A DNA stretch of 60,828 bases, counting the filler. It is 4 parts of 4 records of this genome, joined end to end, with 100 filler letters (N's around TTAATTAATTAA, not from the genome) between each part and the next. Parts side by side here need not be neighbours in the genome. Positions count along the whole stretch, not along the records: positions 1 to 24,292 come from SRR20825006_525; 3 more parts are not named here. One strand, written 5' to 3'. This document shows, one piece after another, positions 1 to 10,161 of this stretch. The position numbers and the translations under genes are program-made. The stretch's first letter is position 1; each line of letters opens with the position of its first letter. The notes beneath the pieces are model-generated. The model saw nothing but the letters and a program-made list of their open reading frames with translations. It ran no database searches and had not been told where the DNA came from.

Positions 1-3
1 TAG

Positions 4-897
4 ATGAGCAAACCAATTACAGATTTTGATGTAAATAACCTGGACCCGCTGCAGGCATTGATCTGGCAGTTTGAAATGGGCGCGGACGAGGCGATTGCCG
101 ACGAGCCGCTGGACCGTTTCAAGGCATCCGAAAGCCTGAGCCGACAGGCAGCAGGGCAGCCCGGCCGTGCGTCATTGCCGCCCAATGGTGGCGCGGCCGC
201 CCGCCCGGCGATGCCACGGCCCGCCGGTGGTGCAACCCCGATGACCCCGCCGCCGCCCATGGCACCGGGGGCGGGGTTCCTGTTATCCGATACGCCACAC
301 GAAGCCCGCCAATCGGCCCGTGATCTTGCCGCGGCGGCAACAAATCTGGCCGATCTTAAGGAAGCGGTCGAAAAGTTCGAAGGCTGCGCACTTAAGAAAT
401 CGGCCAGCAATACCGTCTTTGGCGTGGGGAACCCCGAAGCACGTTTGGTGCTGGTCGGTGAGGCACCGGGCGCGGAAGAGGACCGGCAGGGCGAACCCTT
501 TGTCGGACCAAGCGGCAAGTTGCTTGATGCGATGTTGCGATCCATCGGTTTTGCGCGCGAGGAAGTCTATATCACCAATATCCTGCCGTGGCGTCCGCCG
601 GGAAACCGGCAGCCGACCACCGCCGAAATCGCGGTGTGCGAGCCATTTGTCCGCCGTCATCTTGAACTGATCGGGCCAAAGGTTGTTATCTGCCTTGGCG
701 GTAGTGCGGCCAAGACCCTGATGGAAGAAGACCGCGGCATCACCCGGTTGCGGGGCACGTGGAAAGAAATTCCGCTGGGGGCTGCCAGTGTTGCCGATGT
801 GACGGCGATGTTCCACCCGGCCTATCTGCTTCGGACACCGGAACAGAAACGGATGGCGTGGCGTGATTTGCGGGCTGTTGCGCAGAAATTGTCGTAA
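4..897 (+). CDS. udg: Uracil-DNA glycosylase, family 4
   Basis: VGEAPG..ED..G.PFVG.SG, WRPPGNR and FHPAYLLR motifs; Pro-rich N-terminal extension typical of alphaproteobacteria. Confidence 0.93.
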   Translation: MSKPITDFDVNNLDPLQALIWQFEMGADEAIADEPLDRFKASESLSRQAAGQPGRASLPPNGGAAARPAMPRPAGGATPMTPPPPMAPGAGFLLSDTPHEARQSARDLAAAATNLADLKEAVEKFEGCALKKSASNTVFGVGNPEARLVLVGEAPGAEEDRQGEPFVGPSGKLLDAMLRSIGFAREEVYITNILPWRPPGNRQPTTAEIAVCEPFVRRHLELIGPKVVICLGGSAAKTLMEEDRGITRLRGTWKEIPLGAASVADVTAMFHPAYLLRTPEQKRMAWRDLRAVAQKLS

Positions 898-1124
898 ATT
901 ACCTTACGAAACGCACGATGCATGGCCGATATGCAGCGGGCAGGCAATGTGCGGCCACCCCCGCCAAGTGGTTGATTTCGGAGAAATCATTTCGCGGCAC
1001 CGGCTTTTGCTGGTATATATCTCTGCCAAATGCGGGGGGACACCGCACTCTACAGGTTGCGACGAGAAACTGCTTCGGGATACAAACACGGCTTTGCCGG
1101 AGTCTCGTAGGGGAAAGACTGGTT

Positions 1125-2981
1125 TTGATCGAAGCACTACAAACAAGGCTGCCGCGTGCCATATCGGCATTTCGGCGCACCGTTTTCATTACCGCACTGG
1201 GTGCCATTGCATTGGCGCTGCCTGTAACGGACGCTCAGGCGACCAAGGAACAGGCCGCCCTTAGTGCGCCTGCGGCCAGTGATGATGCGGGCTCGGTCAA
1301 AACACCGACTGTGCTGTCCAAGCGTGATGCGGAACTTTACGAACAGATTTTTGCCGTGCAGGAGCAGGGCCGCTGGAAAGATGCGGACAACCTGATTTCG
1401 CGTCTGTCCGATGACCTGCTGATGGGGCATGTCCAAGCACAGCGCTATCTGCATCCGACGGCGTATCGGTCGCGCTACAAGGAACTCAAGGATTGGCTGG
1501 CACTTTATGCCGATCTGCCCGAAGCGCCGACCATCTACAAACTGGCGTTGCAACGCCGTGGCAATGCCACCTATCCGAAGAAACCGGTTGGCGGGTATGT
1601 CAACGGTGCCGGATATGATTACGAAGATATCCGTCCCTATTACCACAAATCGACCAAAAGCCTTTCATCGGCACAGCGTTCGCGCGTTTCGGTTCTGAAA
1701 CGCCGCATTCGCCAGCGGATCGGCGGCGGTTGGCCGACAGGCGCGCTTGAGGTGCTTGAGGCACCGGAAACCAAGCGGTTGTTTGATGCCTATGAGCAGG
1801 ACGAAGCGCGGACGTCGATTGCATCGGGATATTATTATTTTGGCAAGCCGGATCTGGCTTTGCGCCATGCCGCCGAAGCCGCAAAGCGGTCGGGCAAATA
1901 CCTGCCGCAGGCGCATTGGACGGCGGGCCTGACGGCGTGGCGGCTGGGCAAGATGGATCAGGCGCATGACCATTTTGTGGCCCTGACCAAGAACGACTAT
2001 GCGTCAAGCTGGACGCGGTCGGCCGGGGCGTTCTGGGCCGCAAGGATTGATCTGGCGGCGGGACGTTTTGTTGAAGCCGACAAGATGTTGCAGAAGGCCG
2101 CGGAATATCCGCGGTCGTTTTATGGGCTTCTGGCGTTGCGGTCGCTTGGCCGGGATGACGTTTTTGACTGGGACAGTCTGGCGCTTGATGAAAATCGCGC
2201 CAACAAGCTGAAGCTTGATCCGCATGGCCGTCGTGCCCTTGCCCTGATCCAGATCGACAGGCGTGAAGAGGCCGAACAGGAATTGCGCAAGGCCGCAGCC
2301 AGCGACGATGCCAAGCTGCGCCGTGCGGCCCTGGCGCTTGCCGATAGTGCAAATTTTGCGGCGCTGACCATGCGGCTTGGCGGTTATATCGCGCAGAAAA
2401 CCGGCGAGGTCATCGTCAATGCGCTTTATCCGGTTCCGCCATGGGCGCCGCAAGGCGGTTATGAAGTTGACCGGGCGCTGATTTATGCGTTGATGCGCCA
2501 GGAATCCGGTTTCAATGCCGAGGCGCGGAGCCACGCCGGGGCGCGTGGTTTGATGCAGCTGATGCCCGCAACCGCAAGCTATATCGGCAATACCCGTTAT
2601 CGCGGTGAAAAGCGTGCAGAACTGTACGAGCCGGAAGTCAACCTGTCGCTGGGTCAGAAATATGTCGATCATCTTCTGGGGCAGAACGGGGTCGATAACG
2701 GCTTCTTGCAGTTGATGGCGGCTTATAATGGCGGGATCGGCAATCTGGGGCGCTGGCAGAAGGCGCTGAAGGATAACGAAGATCCGCTTTATTTCATCGA
2801 AAGCATTCCGTCGCGTGAAACGCGCCTGTTTATCGAGCGTGTGATGGCGAACCTTTGGATGTATCGGTCGCGTCTGGGGCAGGACAGCCCGTCGCTTGAT
2901 CGTCTTGCCGCGGGGCAGTGGCCGGTTTACCAGTCGCAGGACCTTGGTGCTGGTGATGACGGCCTGACTGCCGAACGATGA
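1125..2981 (+). CDS. Soluble lytic murein transglycosylase (Slt-like)
   Basis: C-terminal SLT motifs RQESGF, GARGLMQLMP, AAYNGG, ETR. TTG start at 1125 chosen from SD AGGGGAAAG and a signal-like N-terminus; ORF is open from 918, so start is uncertain. Confidence 0.9.
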   Translation: MIEALQTRLPRAISAFRRTVFITALGAIALALPVTDAQATKEQAALSAPAASDDAGSVKTPTVLSKRDAELYEQIFAVQEQGRWKDADNLISRLSDDLLMGHVQAQRYLHPTAYRSRYKELKDWLALYADLPEAPTIYKLALQRRGNATYPKKPVGGYVNGAGYDYEDIRPYYHKSTKSLSSAQRSRVSVLKRRIRQRIGGGWPTGALEVLEAPETKRLFDAYEQDEARTSIASGYYYFGKPDLALRHAAEAAKRSGKYLPQAHWTAGLTAWRLGKMDQAHDHFVALTKNDYASSWTRSAGAFWAARIDLAAGRFVEADKMLQKAAEYPRSFYGLLALRSLGRDDVFDWDSLALDENRANKLKLDPHGRRALALIQIDRREEAEQELRKAAASDDAKLRRAALALADSANFAALTMRLGGYIAQKTGEVIVNALYPVPPWAPQGGYEVDRALIYALMRQESGFNAEARSHAGARGLMQLMPATASYIGNTRYRGEKRAELYEPEVNLSLGQKYVDHLLGQNGVDNGFLQLMAAYNGGIGNLGRWQKALKDNEDPLYFIESIPSRETRLFIERVMANLWMYRSRLGQDSPSLDRLAAGQWPVYQSQDLGAGDDGLTAER

Positions 2982-2990
2982 CCGGGATTG

Positions 2991-3263
2991 ATGACCGCAG
3001 ACAATAATCGCAATGGTGAACCGGCATCTGATCGTCGTGATCAGGGAACGGTTCTGGACCGGATGCAGATGCCACCGATGAGTGGCGATGAGGCGCTTCG
3101 CCGGTTTCACAAAGACCGCGAAGCAGGCGGCCATAAATCACAGGGCGATGAAACCACGGAACTTGCCAAACTGCATCCGGTGATGCGATTTGCGGCGGTC
3201 GCGGGAACTTTCATTCTGATTGTCGCGGCTTTGCTGGGTGTGCTGTATCTGATTGGTTCCTAG
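2991..3263 (+). CDS. Small hypothetical protein with one C-terminal TM helix
   Basis: ORF 9 nt after the slt stop, hydrophobic C-terminus, followed by a terminator. Confidence 0.6.
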   Translation: MTADNNRNGEPASDRRDQGTVLDRMQMPPMSGDEALRRFHKDREAGGHKSQGDETTELAKLHPVMRFAAVAGTFILIVAALLGVLYLIGS

Positions 3264-3303
3264 TGTCTGCGGTGCAGTCTGTAGGGTGCCGTAGGACCAC
3301 ATA

Positions 3304-3335
3304 AAAAACGGGCACAGATGACTGCGCCCGTTTTT
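3304..3335. terminator. Bidirectional intrinsic terminator
   Basis: AAAAACGGGCACAG-ATGA-CTGCGCCCGTTTTT between convergent genes. Confidence 0.85.
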
Positions 3336-3357
3336 GTTGTCCGAAGATCAGACCGGG

Positions 3358-4290
3358 TTACAGCGACTGGCAGAATTTTTCGAAATCCTGCACGGTTGCA
3401 TATGATTTCTGGGTACCCGGACGGGTGATGCTGTCAGCCGCATACCGCACGGCCATTTCAAGGGCGGCTTTGACGTCACGGTTTTCGGCATAGTAGCGCG
3501 CAAAGCTGCCGATAAAGGCATCGCCAGCACCGGTCGTATCGACCGGTTTGACCGATACAGGATCAATATGGACTGCGTCGTCATTGCCATTGATCAGAAG
3601 CGCGCCATCGCCGCCCAGTGTCACAATTACGGTTTTGACACCACGTGCGATCAGGCTTCTTGCGGCGGCTTCGGCATCGGCCAGTGAATTCACGGCCATA
3701 CCCGAAATCGTCGCAAGTTCCGTCTGGTTCGGGACGAGGAAGGTGGCCTTTTCGATTTTGGTGCTGTCGAGGTCAGCCGGGGCTGGGGCCGGATTAACCA
3801 GCGTTTCAATGCCATGTTCGGCACCAAAGGCGACGGTGTGATAGACCGTTTCCAGCGGAATTTCGAGCTGCATCAAAATCAGGTCGCATTCCTTGAGCGC
3901 ATCGGCAGCACGGTCGACATCGGCCGGGGACAGTTGTGCATTGGCCCCTTTGACAATCAGGATGCAGTTTTCGCCTGACGGTTCGACAAAGATCGGGGCG
4001 ACGCCGCTTGAGGTGCCCGGTACCCGTTCGACAAAGCGGGTATCAATGCCCGATGTTTCGAAATTGCGGATGGTGTTATCGGCAAAGATATCGTCGCCGA
4101 CCTTGGTGACCATCATGACATCGGCGCCAAGACGTGCAGCCGCGATGGCCTGATTGGCACCCTTGCCGCCACATCCCATTTCGAAACGTGGTGCTTCGAT
4201 GGTTTCGCCGGGCAACGGCATACGATCCGTATAGGTGATCAGATCGACCATGTTGCTTCCGACAATGGCAATTTTGCCTGCCATATTCAT
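3358..4290 (-). CDS. deoK: Ribokinase-family sugar kinase, probable deoxyribokinase
   Basis: GGKGANQA and DTTGAGDAF PfkB signatures; context with deoC, deoM-like gene and deoR. Confidence 0.8.
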   Translation of the reverse strand: MNMAGKIAIVGSNMVDLITYTDRMPLPGETIEAPRFEMGCGGKGANQAIAAARLGADVMMVTKVGDDIFADNTIRNFETSGIDTRFVERVPGTSSGVAPIFVEPSGENCILIVKGANAQLSPADVDRAADALKECDLILMQLEIPLETVYHTVAFGAEHGIETLVNPAPAPADLDSTKIEKATFLVPNQTELATISGMAVNSLADAEAAARSLIARGVKTVIVTLGGDGALLINGNDDAVHIDPVSVKPVDTTGAGDAFIGSFARYYAENRDVKAALEMAVRYAADSITRPGTQKSYATVQDFEKFCQSL

Positions 4291-4299
4291 TCTCCTGAT

Positions 4300-5385
4300 T
4301 TACAGCGAACGGATCGCCTGTTCGGCCGTGTCACTTTCGGCCTGCGTCATATAGCCCAGCCTTACCGAGAAATTCCGGCTTTCGCCAGATCGCAGGGAAA
4401 TGACATGTCCCTTGGCTTTTTCGGCGTTGAAGCCTTCGGGTTCGCAGGTGGATGGCAGGGCAAAGGCCGCGACCTTCTGATCCTGATTTGCCAGTATCCA
4501 GCGGACCGTTTTGGGAAAATCATTGGTGTTATAGGCAATGTGAAACGCATCGCCTTCGACGCGGCGCATCATACAGGCGGTGTTGCCATGCGCATCGGTT
4601 TTGGCGTTGCGGATGTAAAACACCTGTTCGGGATCATAGCGATGCGGTTCGTCGAGGGTTTCCATCGCCGCCGGATTTTGCGCCAGCGTTTCAAGAAACG
4701 CATCGTAATCCGGGTTGCGCGGCACATGGGCCGGGACTTCGGTGCGAACGATGGTGTCGTTGGGGGTGAAACCGGCGGGCTGGATGATTTGTGCGCCGTC
4801 ACAGAACGCGAAATTGACGTGGCACATATACATCAGGTCCATTGCCGCACCCGACAGGTTTTCGACATTCATCTGAATATCGAAAAGCGTCGCATCCGGG
4901 CGCAGAACCACACGGGGCCGCGCCATGTAATGCGCCCCGAAGCCCATGACATATTCGCGGGTGCCACTGATCGCCATAAAGGCACCGTCGTCGTCATGGC
5001 CAAATTCAATGGCGGCACTATCCATTTCGGCACAGGGCATTTCACCATGCAGCGGATGGGTATCGGTCGGACCGGGGCAGCCATTGGTCAGCAGCCCCGA
5101 ATGGAACGCAAAACAGCCATAGGTTTCGACAATGACGTTGGCCGGGCGCGGCATGCTGAACATGTTTTCCATGGTCAGATCCACGCCATCAAAAACCGCA
5201 TCCCAGATCATCTGCCCCATGAAGGGCAGAATGACCAGATAGCCGCGTTCGTTTTTCAGCCGGACTGCTTCGATGCCGGTTTCATAGCGAAACAGGCTGG
5301 CCGACATGCCACCGTGAGATGCGATGACATGTTCGGCGTCGCCGAAGAAGGTTTTGCGCAGGTTAACCTTGGTTGACGCAGTCAT
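4300..5385 (-). CDS. DUF4432 / aldose-1-epimerase family, probable deoxyribose mutarotase (DeoM/DeoX-like)
   Basis: LPFMGQMIWD, HPLHGEMP, YMCHVNF, ALPSTCEPEG motifs; SD GAGGTGG before ATG 5385. Confidence 0.8.
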   Translation of the reverse strand: MTASTKVNLRKTFFGDAEHVIASHGGMSASLFRYETGIEAVRLKNERGYLVILPFMGQMIWDAVFDGVDLTMENMFSMPRPANVIVETYGCFAFHSGLLTNGCPGPTDTHPLHGEMPCAEMDSAAIEFGHDDDGAFMAISGTREYVMGFGAHYMARPRVVLRPDATLFDIQMNVENLSGAAMDLMYMCHVNFAFCDGAQIIQPAGFTPNDTIVRTEVPAHVPRNPDYDAFLETLAQNPAAMETLDEPHRYDPEQVFYIRNAKTDAHGNTACMMRRVEGDAFHIAYNTNDFPKTVRWILANQDQKVAAFALPSTCEPEGFNAEKAKGHVISLRSGESRNFSVRLGYMTQAESDTAEQAIRSL

Positions 5386-5398
5386 GAAGCCACCTCGT

Positions 5399-6391
5399 TT
5401 AACGCGAACGGTTTTTATAGGCGTTGAGCGCAATCACCAGCAGAAGGAACACGCCCCAGATAAAATCGATCAGATGGTTGGAAAACCGCAGAATCTGGAA
5501 GCCGCTTGACAGCAGCATCAGGGCCGCAACCGCAATCGACACACCGAGCACCGTGCCACGGCCACCGGCCGGGTTGGTGCCGCCCAGAACCGCAATCAGA
5601 ACCGCCTGAAGCAGATAGGATGTGCCGTAATCCGACTTTGCCGCATTGGTACGCCCCGAAAGAATGATTCCGGCGATGGACGCCATCACCCCGGTCAGCA
5701 TGTAGCTGAGCAGGACCATCTTTTCGCGTTTCAGACCGGCAAACAGGGCGGCCTTCGGGTTGGTACCGATCAGCATCAGATTGATGCCAAAGGTCGTGCG
5801 GCGCAGCATGAAGGCAATCAGGCAGGCCAGAACCACGAACAGGACAAACGGCGTTGCCAGACCAAAGATCTTGCCATTGCCGATAAAGGCCCAGGCTTCG
5901 GGGAAGCCGACAATTGCCGGGCCGCCGGTCATGACGATGGCAAGGCCGGTAAAGACCTGCCCGGTGCCAAGGGTGGCCAGAATGGGCGTGATTTTTAACC
6001 GGGTAATCAACAGACCGTTCAAAGCCCCAGCGACAAGCCCGGTGCCAAGGGCGACAACACCACCCAGCAGAACAATGCCAAAACCGGTATCGGCAACACC
6101 TGCGTCGGTGGCGAATTTCTTGAACATCACCCCGGCAAAGATTCCCGACAGGTTGGCAATGCCGATCACCGAAAGGTCAATGCCGCCGGTCAGCATGGCA
6201 ATCATCATCGCAATCGACAGAAGGCCGAGTTCCGGGAAGGTGTAGGTGATGGATTCAAAATTGTAATAGCGCAGGAATTTATCCGGGCTAAGGGCGGTCA
6301 TGACAACAAAGATCAGGATCGTCATGGCGATCAGCTGAACGATATTGTTGTCCTTGTTCAGAAGGTTGCGGAAATCGAGTTCACGTTTCAT
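5399..6391 (-). CDS. Sugar ABC transporter permease (RbsC-like)
   Basis: GGIDLS and AVLGG..GGRG motifs, multiple TM helices. Confidence 0.9.
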   Translation of the reverse strand: MKRELDFRNLLNKDNNIVQLIAMTILIFVVMTALSPDKFLRYYNFESITYTFPELGLLSIAMMIAMLTGGIDLSVIGIANLSGIFAGVMFKKFATDAGVADTGFGIVLLGGVVALGTGLVAGALNGLLITRLKITPILATLGTGQVFTGLAIVMTGGPAIVGFPEAWAFIGNGKIFGLATPFVLFVVLACLIAFMLRRTTFGINLMLIGTNPKAALFAGLKREKMVLLSYMLTGVMASIAGIILSGRTNAAKSDYGTSYLLQAVLIAVLGGTNPAGGRGTVLGVSIAVAALMLLSSGFQILRFSNHLIDFIWGVFLLLVIALNAYKNRSR

Positions 6392-6401
6392 ATCGGCCCC
6401 C

Positions 6402-7379
6402 TCACGCATTCGCACGGCGGTCACGCCATGCCGTAATGGCGGTGGCAATTACAATGATGACGCCGACAACAACGCGCTGCCACGTCGTGTCGATCTTCAT
6501 GATGATCAGGCTGTTTTTCACCATCACCAGCATGAACACACCCAGCATGGTTCCCAGAACGGAGCCGCGCCCCCCAAAGATGGAAGCACCGCCCAGAACC
6601 ACAGCCGCGATGACGTCCAGTTCAAGACCGACGAAATCGCGCGGGTTGGCAAGCCAGATCATGCCGCTGTGCAGGAGGCCGGCAAACCCGGCCAAGGCCC
6701 CGGCCACACAATAGATGAAGAAGGTGATCTTGCGGATATTGAAGCCAACGCGGCTGGCGGCTTCGGGATCGCCGCCCATGGCATAAACCCCGCGGCCGAT
6801 CATGGTATAACGCAGCACAATATGCAGGGCCAAGGCCAGAACGACATAGACAGCAACCATCGCGGTCAGGCCATAGGTTGTGCCATCGGGTTTGACCATG
6901 CTGATGATATCGGACTTTCCGAAATCAATCAGGGCATCGGGCATTTTGTTGATGTTGATCATGCTGGTGCCAACAACACCCAGCAGGAACCCGCGCACCA
7001 TGCTGCCCGTACCCAAGGTCACGATCAGCGGGATCATGCGGAATTTATAAACAAAGAACGCATTCAGGCAGCCAAACAGCGCCCCCATCGTCGCCGCGGC
7101 AACGAAGGGCAGGACAACACCGTCATAATTGAAATACAGCATGCCCTTGATGGTCAGATACATCGCGGCAACAGCAAATGCCGGGAACGAAACATCAATC
7201 CCGCCGGAAATCATCACCAGCAAAACGCCAAGCGCCATGATGCCGATGATCACGTTGCTGCGCAGAAGACTGAACATGTTGTCCAGGCTCCAGAAGGCGG
7301 GGTTGACCAGCCCGATCAGGATCATGGCAAGCACAAGAATGCCCGCGATGACCACCTCTGATTTTTGAAACCAGGCCAT
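6402..7379 (-). CDS. Sugar ABC transporter permease (RbsC-like)
   Basis: GGIDVS, GR.VYAMGG..EAA, ELDVIAAVVLGGASIFGGRG. Confidence 0.9.
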   Translation of the reverse strand: MAWFQKSEVVIAGILVLAMILIGLVNPAFWSLDNMFSLLRSNVIIGIMALGVLLVMISGGIDVSFPAFAVAAMYLTIKGMLYFNYDGVVLPFVAAATMGALFGCLNAFFVYKFRMIPLIVTLGTGSMVRGFLLGVVGTSMININKMPDALIDFGKSDIISMVKPDGTTYGLTAMVAVYVVLALALHIVLRYTMIGRGVYAMGGDPEAASRVGFNIRKITFFIYCVAGALAGFAGLLHSGMIWLANPRDFVGLELDVIAAVVLGGASIFGGRGSVLGTMLGVFMLVMVKNSLIIMKIDTTWQRVVVGVIIVIATAITAWRDRRANA

Positions 7380-7390
7380 CGAGTTTTTCC

Positions 7391-8893
7391 TTACGTTAAA
7401 TTCTTGAGCTTGTCGCTGATCTGGTCTTCGGAGGTATCGGCAGATGCCATTTCCTCGACAAAGGCTCCGCGATGCATCAGGACAATACGGTTACAGTTAT
7501 GGACCAGTTCCGGCACGTCGTCGGAAATCATCAGCACGGCCAGCCCTTCTTTTTGGGCCAGTTCGCGAATGATCCGGTGAATTTCCGCCTTCGATCCGAC
7601 ATCCACCCCGACGGTCGGGCCGTTCAGGATCAGGAATTTGGCATTGGTTAGAAGCCAGCGGGCAATCACCACACGTTGCTGGTTGCCGCCCGAAAGCTCC
7701 TTGACCAGCTTTTTGCCGGTGGGGGTTGCGATCTGCATGTCGCGGATCATGGTTTCAACCCATTCTTCGGCCTTGTTATGATCAATCAGCAGGCCGGGGG
7801 CCAGTTTTTCGTAACTGGTCGCAAGCATATTGCGATCAATGCCCTGGGTTAGAAACAGTCCTTCGCTGAGACGGTCTTCGGGAACATAGGCAACCCCGGC
7901 CCTGATCGCCTTTTGCGGCGTATCGAGCACGGTTTGCGTGCCGTTGATCGAAATGGTGCCGCTGTAACCGGGCATCATGCCAAACAGGGACAGGGCAAGT
8001 TCGGTACGACCCGATCCAAGCAGGCCGGAAACACCGACAATCTCGCCCGGTTTGATCGCGAGGTTGATATTGTCGAGATCGTTTCCGTGGGTCAGGTTTT
8101 TGGTTTCAATGCGCGGCGGCATCGAACCATATTTCTGCTGGTCCCAGATATAGGGTTCGGAAATGATATCAGACCCGGTCATGTGACGGGTGATCAGGGC
8201 TTCGTCAAAATCGCCGGTCGGGCCGTCGGCCACTTTCTGGCCGTTACGGATGACGGTGATATGTTCGCTGATTTCCAGCATTTCGCGCATTTTGTGACTG
8301 ACAAACAAAATGGCAATCCCGCGCGACTGGATATCCTTGACGATGCGAAAAAGCGTTTCGATTTCCTTGCCGGTCAGGGCGGTTGTCGGTTCGTCCATGA
8401 TGATCAGACGGGCATCTGACATCAGCGCACGGGCAATCGCGACAAGCTGTTTGCCCGCCGTGGACAGTTTTTCGACATCGGTATCAAGGTCAAGATCAAC
8501 CCCGAGACGTTTGACCGCTTCCTTGGCAATTTCGCGGACCTTGCGCCAGTTCAGAACCTGACGCTGTTCGCGAAGCTGCACATTCATGGCAAGGTTTTCG
8601 GCCACGGTCAGGTTCCCGAACAGGGAGAAGTCCTGATAGATCACCTGAACCCCATGTTCGATGGATGCCATGGGAGACAGGCTTTCAACCTTGTTGCCAT
8701 CAATGTAAATCTCGCCGGCATTTGGCTGATATACACCGGACATGATCTTGATCAGGGTCGATTTGCCCGAACCGTTTTCACCGGCAAGACAGTGGATTTC
8801 GCCTTTTCGGATCGTCAGCGAAAGATCCTTAAGCGCAACAACGCCGGCAAATTCTTTCCGGACGTTTCGCAATTCAATGAAATTTTCAGACAT
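7391..8893 (-). CDS. Sugar ABC transporter ATP-binding protein (RbsA-like, tandem NBD)
   Basis: Walker A GENGSGKS, MDEPT, LSGGNQQ; start uncertain (8893 or 8932). Confidence 0.92.
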   Translation of the reverse strand: MSENFIELRNVRKEFAGVVALKDLSLTIRKGEIHCLAGENGSGKSTLIKIMSGVYQPNAGEIYIDGNKVESLSPMASIEHGVQVIYQDFSLFGNLTVAENLAMNVQLREQRQVLNWRKVREIAKEAVKRLGVDLDLDTDVEKLSTAGKQLVAIARALMSDARLIIMDEPTTALTGKEIETLFRIVKDIQSRGIAILFVSHKMREMLEISEHITVIRNGQKVADGPTGDFDEALITRHMTGSDIISEPYIWDQQKYGSMPPRIETKNLTHGNDLDNINLAIKPGEIVGVSGLLGSGRTELALSLFGMMPGYSGTISINGTQTVLDTPQKAIRAGVAYVPEDRLSEGLFLTQGIDRNMLATSYEKLAPGLLIDHNKAEEWVETMIRDMQIATPTGKKLVKELSGGNQQRVVIARWLLTNAKFLILNGPTVGVDVGSKAEIHRIIRELAQKEGLAVLMISDDVPELVHNCNRIVLMHRGAFVEEMASADTSEDQISDKLKNLT

Positions 8894-8939
8894 GACAAGC
8901 CCGTCAACGTGAAACAAAGGGCCTGATCTCATAATAAAA

Positions 8940-8966
8940 TGAAGGCGTCCTTAATGGACGCCTTCA
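8940..8966 (-). terminator. Intra-operon hairpin or partial terminator after the SBP gene
   Basis: 11-bp perfect stem TGAAGGCGTCC-N5-GGACGCCTTCA followed by TTTT on the minus strand. Confidence 0.7.
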
Positions 8967-8979
8967 CCAAAGGATGAAA

Positions 8980-10026
8980 TCAGAAGTTATACTTGTCCAT
9001 GTTTTCCTTGGTCACACCGACCCAGCCCTGGCCATAAACCAGGTTGGCATTGCTGCCTTCCGGGGTGCTGAGATTGGTGTAACCCGGAAGGCCAAGGTCG
9101 AGACCAGCCTTGATCTGGTCGCCTTTGCCGTCGAGCGCCATAATGGCCAGCATGTTCATGGCATAGCCCGCAACCGCCGGATCCCAGAACTGGATGTATT
9201 CGATGTCGCCATTTGCCAGATATTCACCGGCAACCGACACCAGACCGGTCCCTGCGAAGTGCAGTTTACCCTGAAGACCGCGTTCGGCGATCAGACGACC
9301 GGCACCTGCCGAGGTCGGCATCGGGCCGCCAACGATACCCTGAAGGTCCGGGTAGGTGGTCAGGGTTTCTTTGAGTTTGGTGTAGTCGGTGTTGGCGTCG
9401 TCATAGGTTTCGAGACGCTCGGTCGCCAGTTCCATGTCCGGGAAATGCTTTTTCTGGTATTCGACGGCACCGTCGATCCATTCATTCTGGGATTTGGAGG
9501 TCAGGCTGCCGACGGTGGCGGCATATTTGCCCTTGCCACCCATGGAGGTCCCGAGGACTTCCATCAGCTTCGCGCCATATGCCTTGTTATCAAACGCTTC
9601 GAGGATGTAGTCGGCGTTTTTCAGGTTTGATGCTTCGTGGGCGATCACGATGATACCGCGGTCACGGGCCTTTTTCAGAACCGGTTCGACGGCTTCGACC
9701 GAGAACGGCACGATGTTGATGGCATCAACGCCCTGTGCGATCAGGTTTTCAATCAGCTGCACCTGTGCGGCAGCGTCCGCGGCACTCGGTCCGACCATCC
9801 AGGTATCGTGACCGGTGTCTGCGCCGAACTGTTCGACACCTTCGCGCATACGGTCAAACCATGCGATGCCGTCAACCTTGACCACGGTGGCGATGGAATA
9901 TTCCTTGCCGGTGGTTTCGGATGTGAATTTCGAAATGATGTCCGGCGTTTTGACCGCTTCGTCTGCATGGGCCGCACCTGCAAGCAGGGAACCGGCGACG
10001 ACAAGCGATGAAAGAAGCTTGTTCAT
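8980..10026 (-). CDS. Sugar ABC transporter substrate-binding protein (LsrB/RhaS-like, Peripla_BP_4)
   Basis: Signal peptide ending AHA; VVKVDGIAWF, LIAQGVDAI, FWDP motifs; SD GGAGG. Confidence 0.88.
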   Translation of the reverse strand: MNKLLSSLVVAGSLLAGAAHADEAVKTPDIISKFTSETTGKEYSIATVVKVDGIAWFDRMREGVEQFGADTGHDTWMVGPSAADAAAQVQLIENLIAQGVDAINIVPFSVEAVEPVLKKARDRGIIVIAHEASNLKNADYILEAFDNKAYGAKLMEVLGTSMGGKGKYAATVGSLTSKSQNEWIDGAVEYQKKHFPDMELATERLETYDDANTDYTKLKETLTTYPDLQGIVGGPMPTSAGAGRLIAERGLQGKLHFAGTGLVSVAGEYLANGDIEYIQFWDPAVAGYAMNMLAIMALDGKGDQIKAGLDLGLPGYTNLSTPEGSNANLVYGQGWVGVTKENMDKYNF

Positions 10027-10130
10027 TGTTACCTCCAAATTGAAATCGTTTTTTAGCTGGCAGTTTTCTGCGTCTTATTGGCATGAAAGCCAAGGCTTTT
10101 CACGCGGTTCGTTCCGAAAACAGCAATTTT

Positions 10131-10155
10131 CCGGTGGCCGGGATGCGGCCACCGG
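10131..10155. other. GC-rich hairpin right after the deoC stop (possible mRNA stabiliser)
   Basis: CCGGTGGCCG-N5-CGGCCACCGG; no U-tract on the coding strand. Confidence 0.5.
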
Positions 10156-10161
10156 CACCGT

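Noticed and set aside
4-897. UDG as UdgX, a defence gene, or functionally linked to the deoxyribose locus
   Set aside because: No KRRIH loop; ordinary alphaproteobacterial family 4 form; separated from the deo genes by a terminator and opposite orientation
8980-10026. SBP as part of an AI-2 (Lsr) system
   Set aside because: No lsrK/F/G/R nearby; deoC, the DUF4432 gene, the kinase and DeoR operators point to deoxyribose
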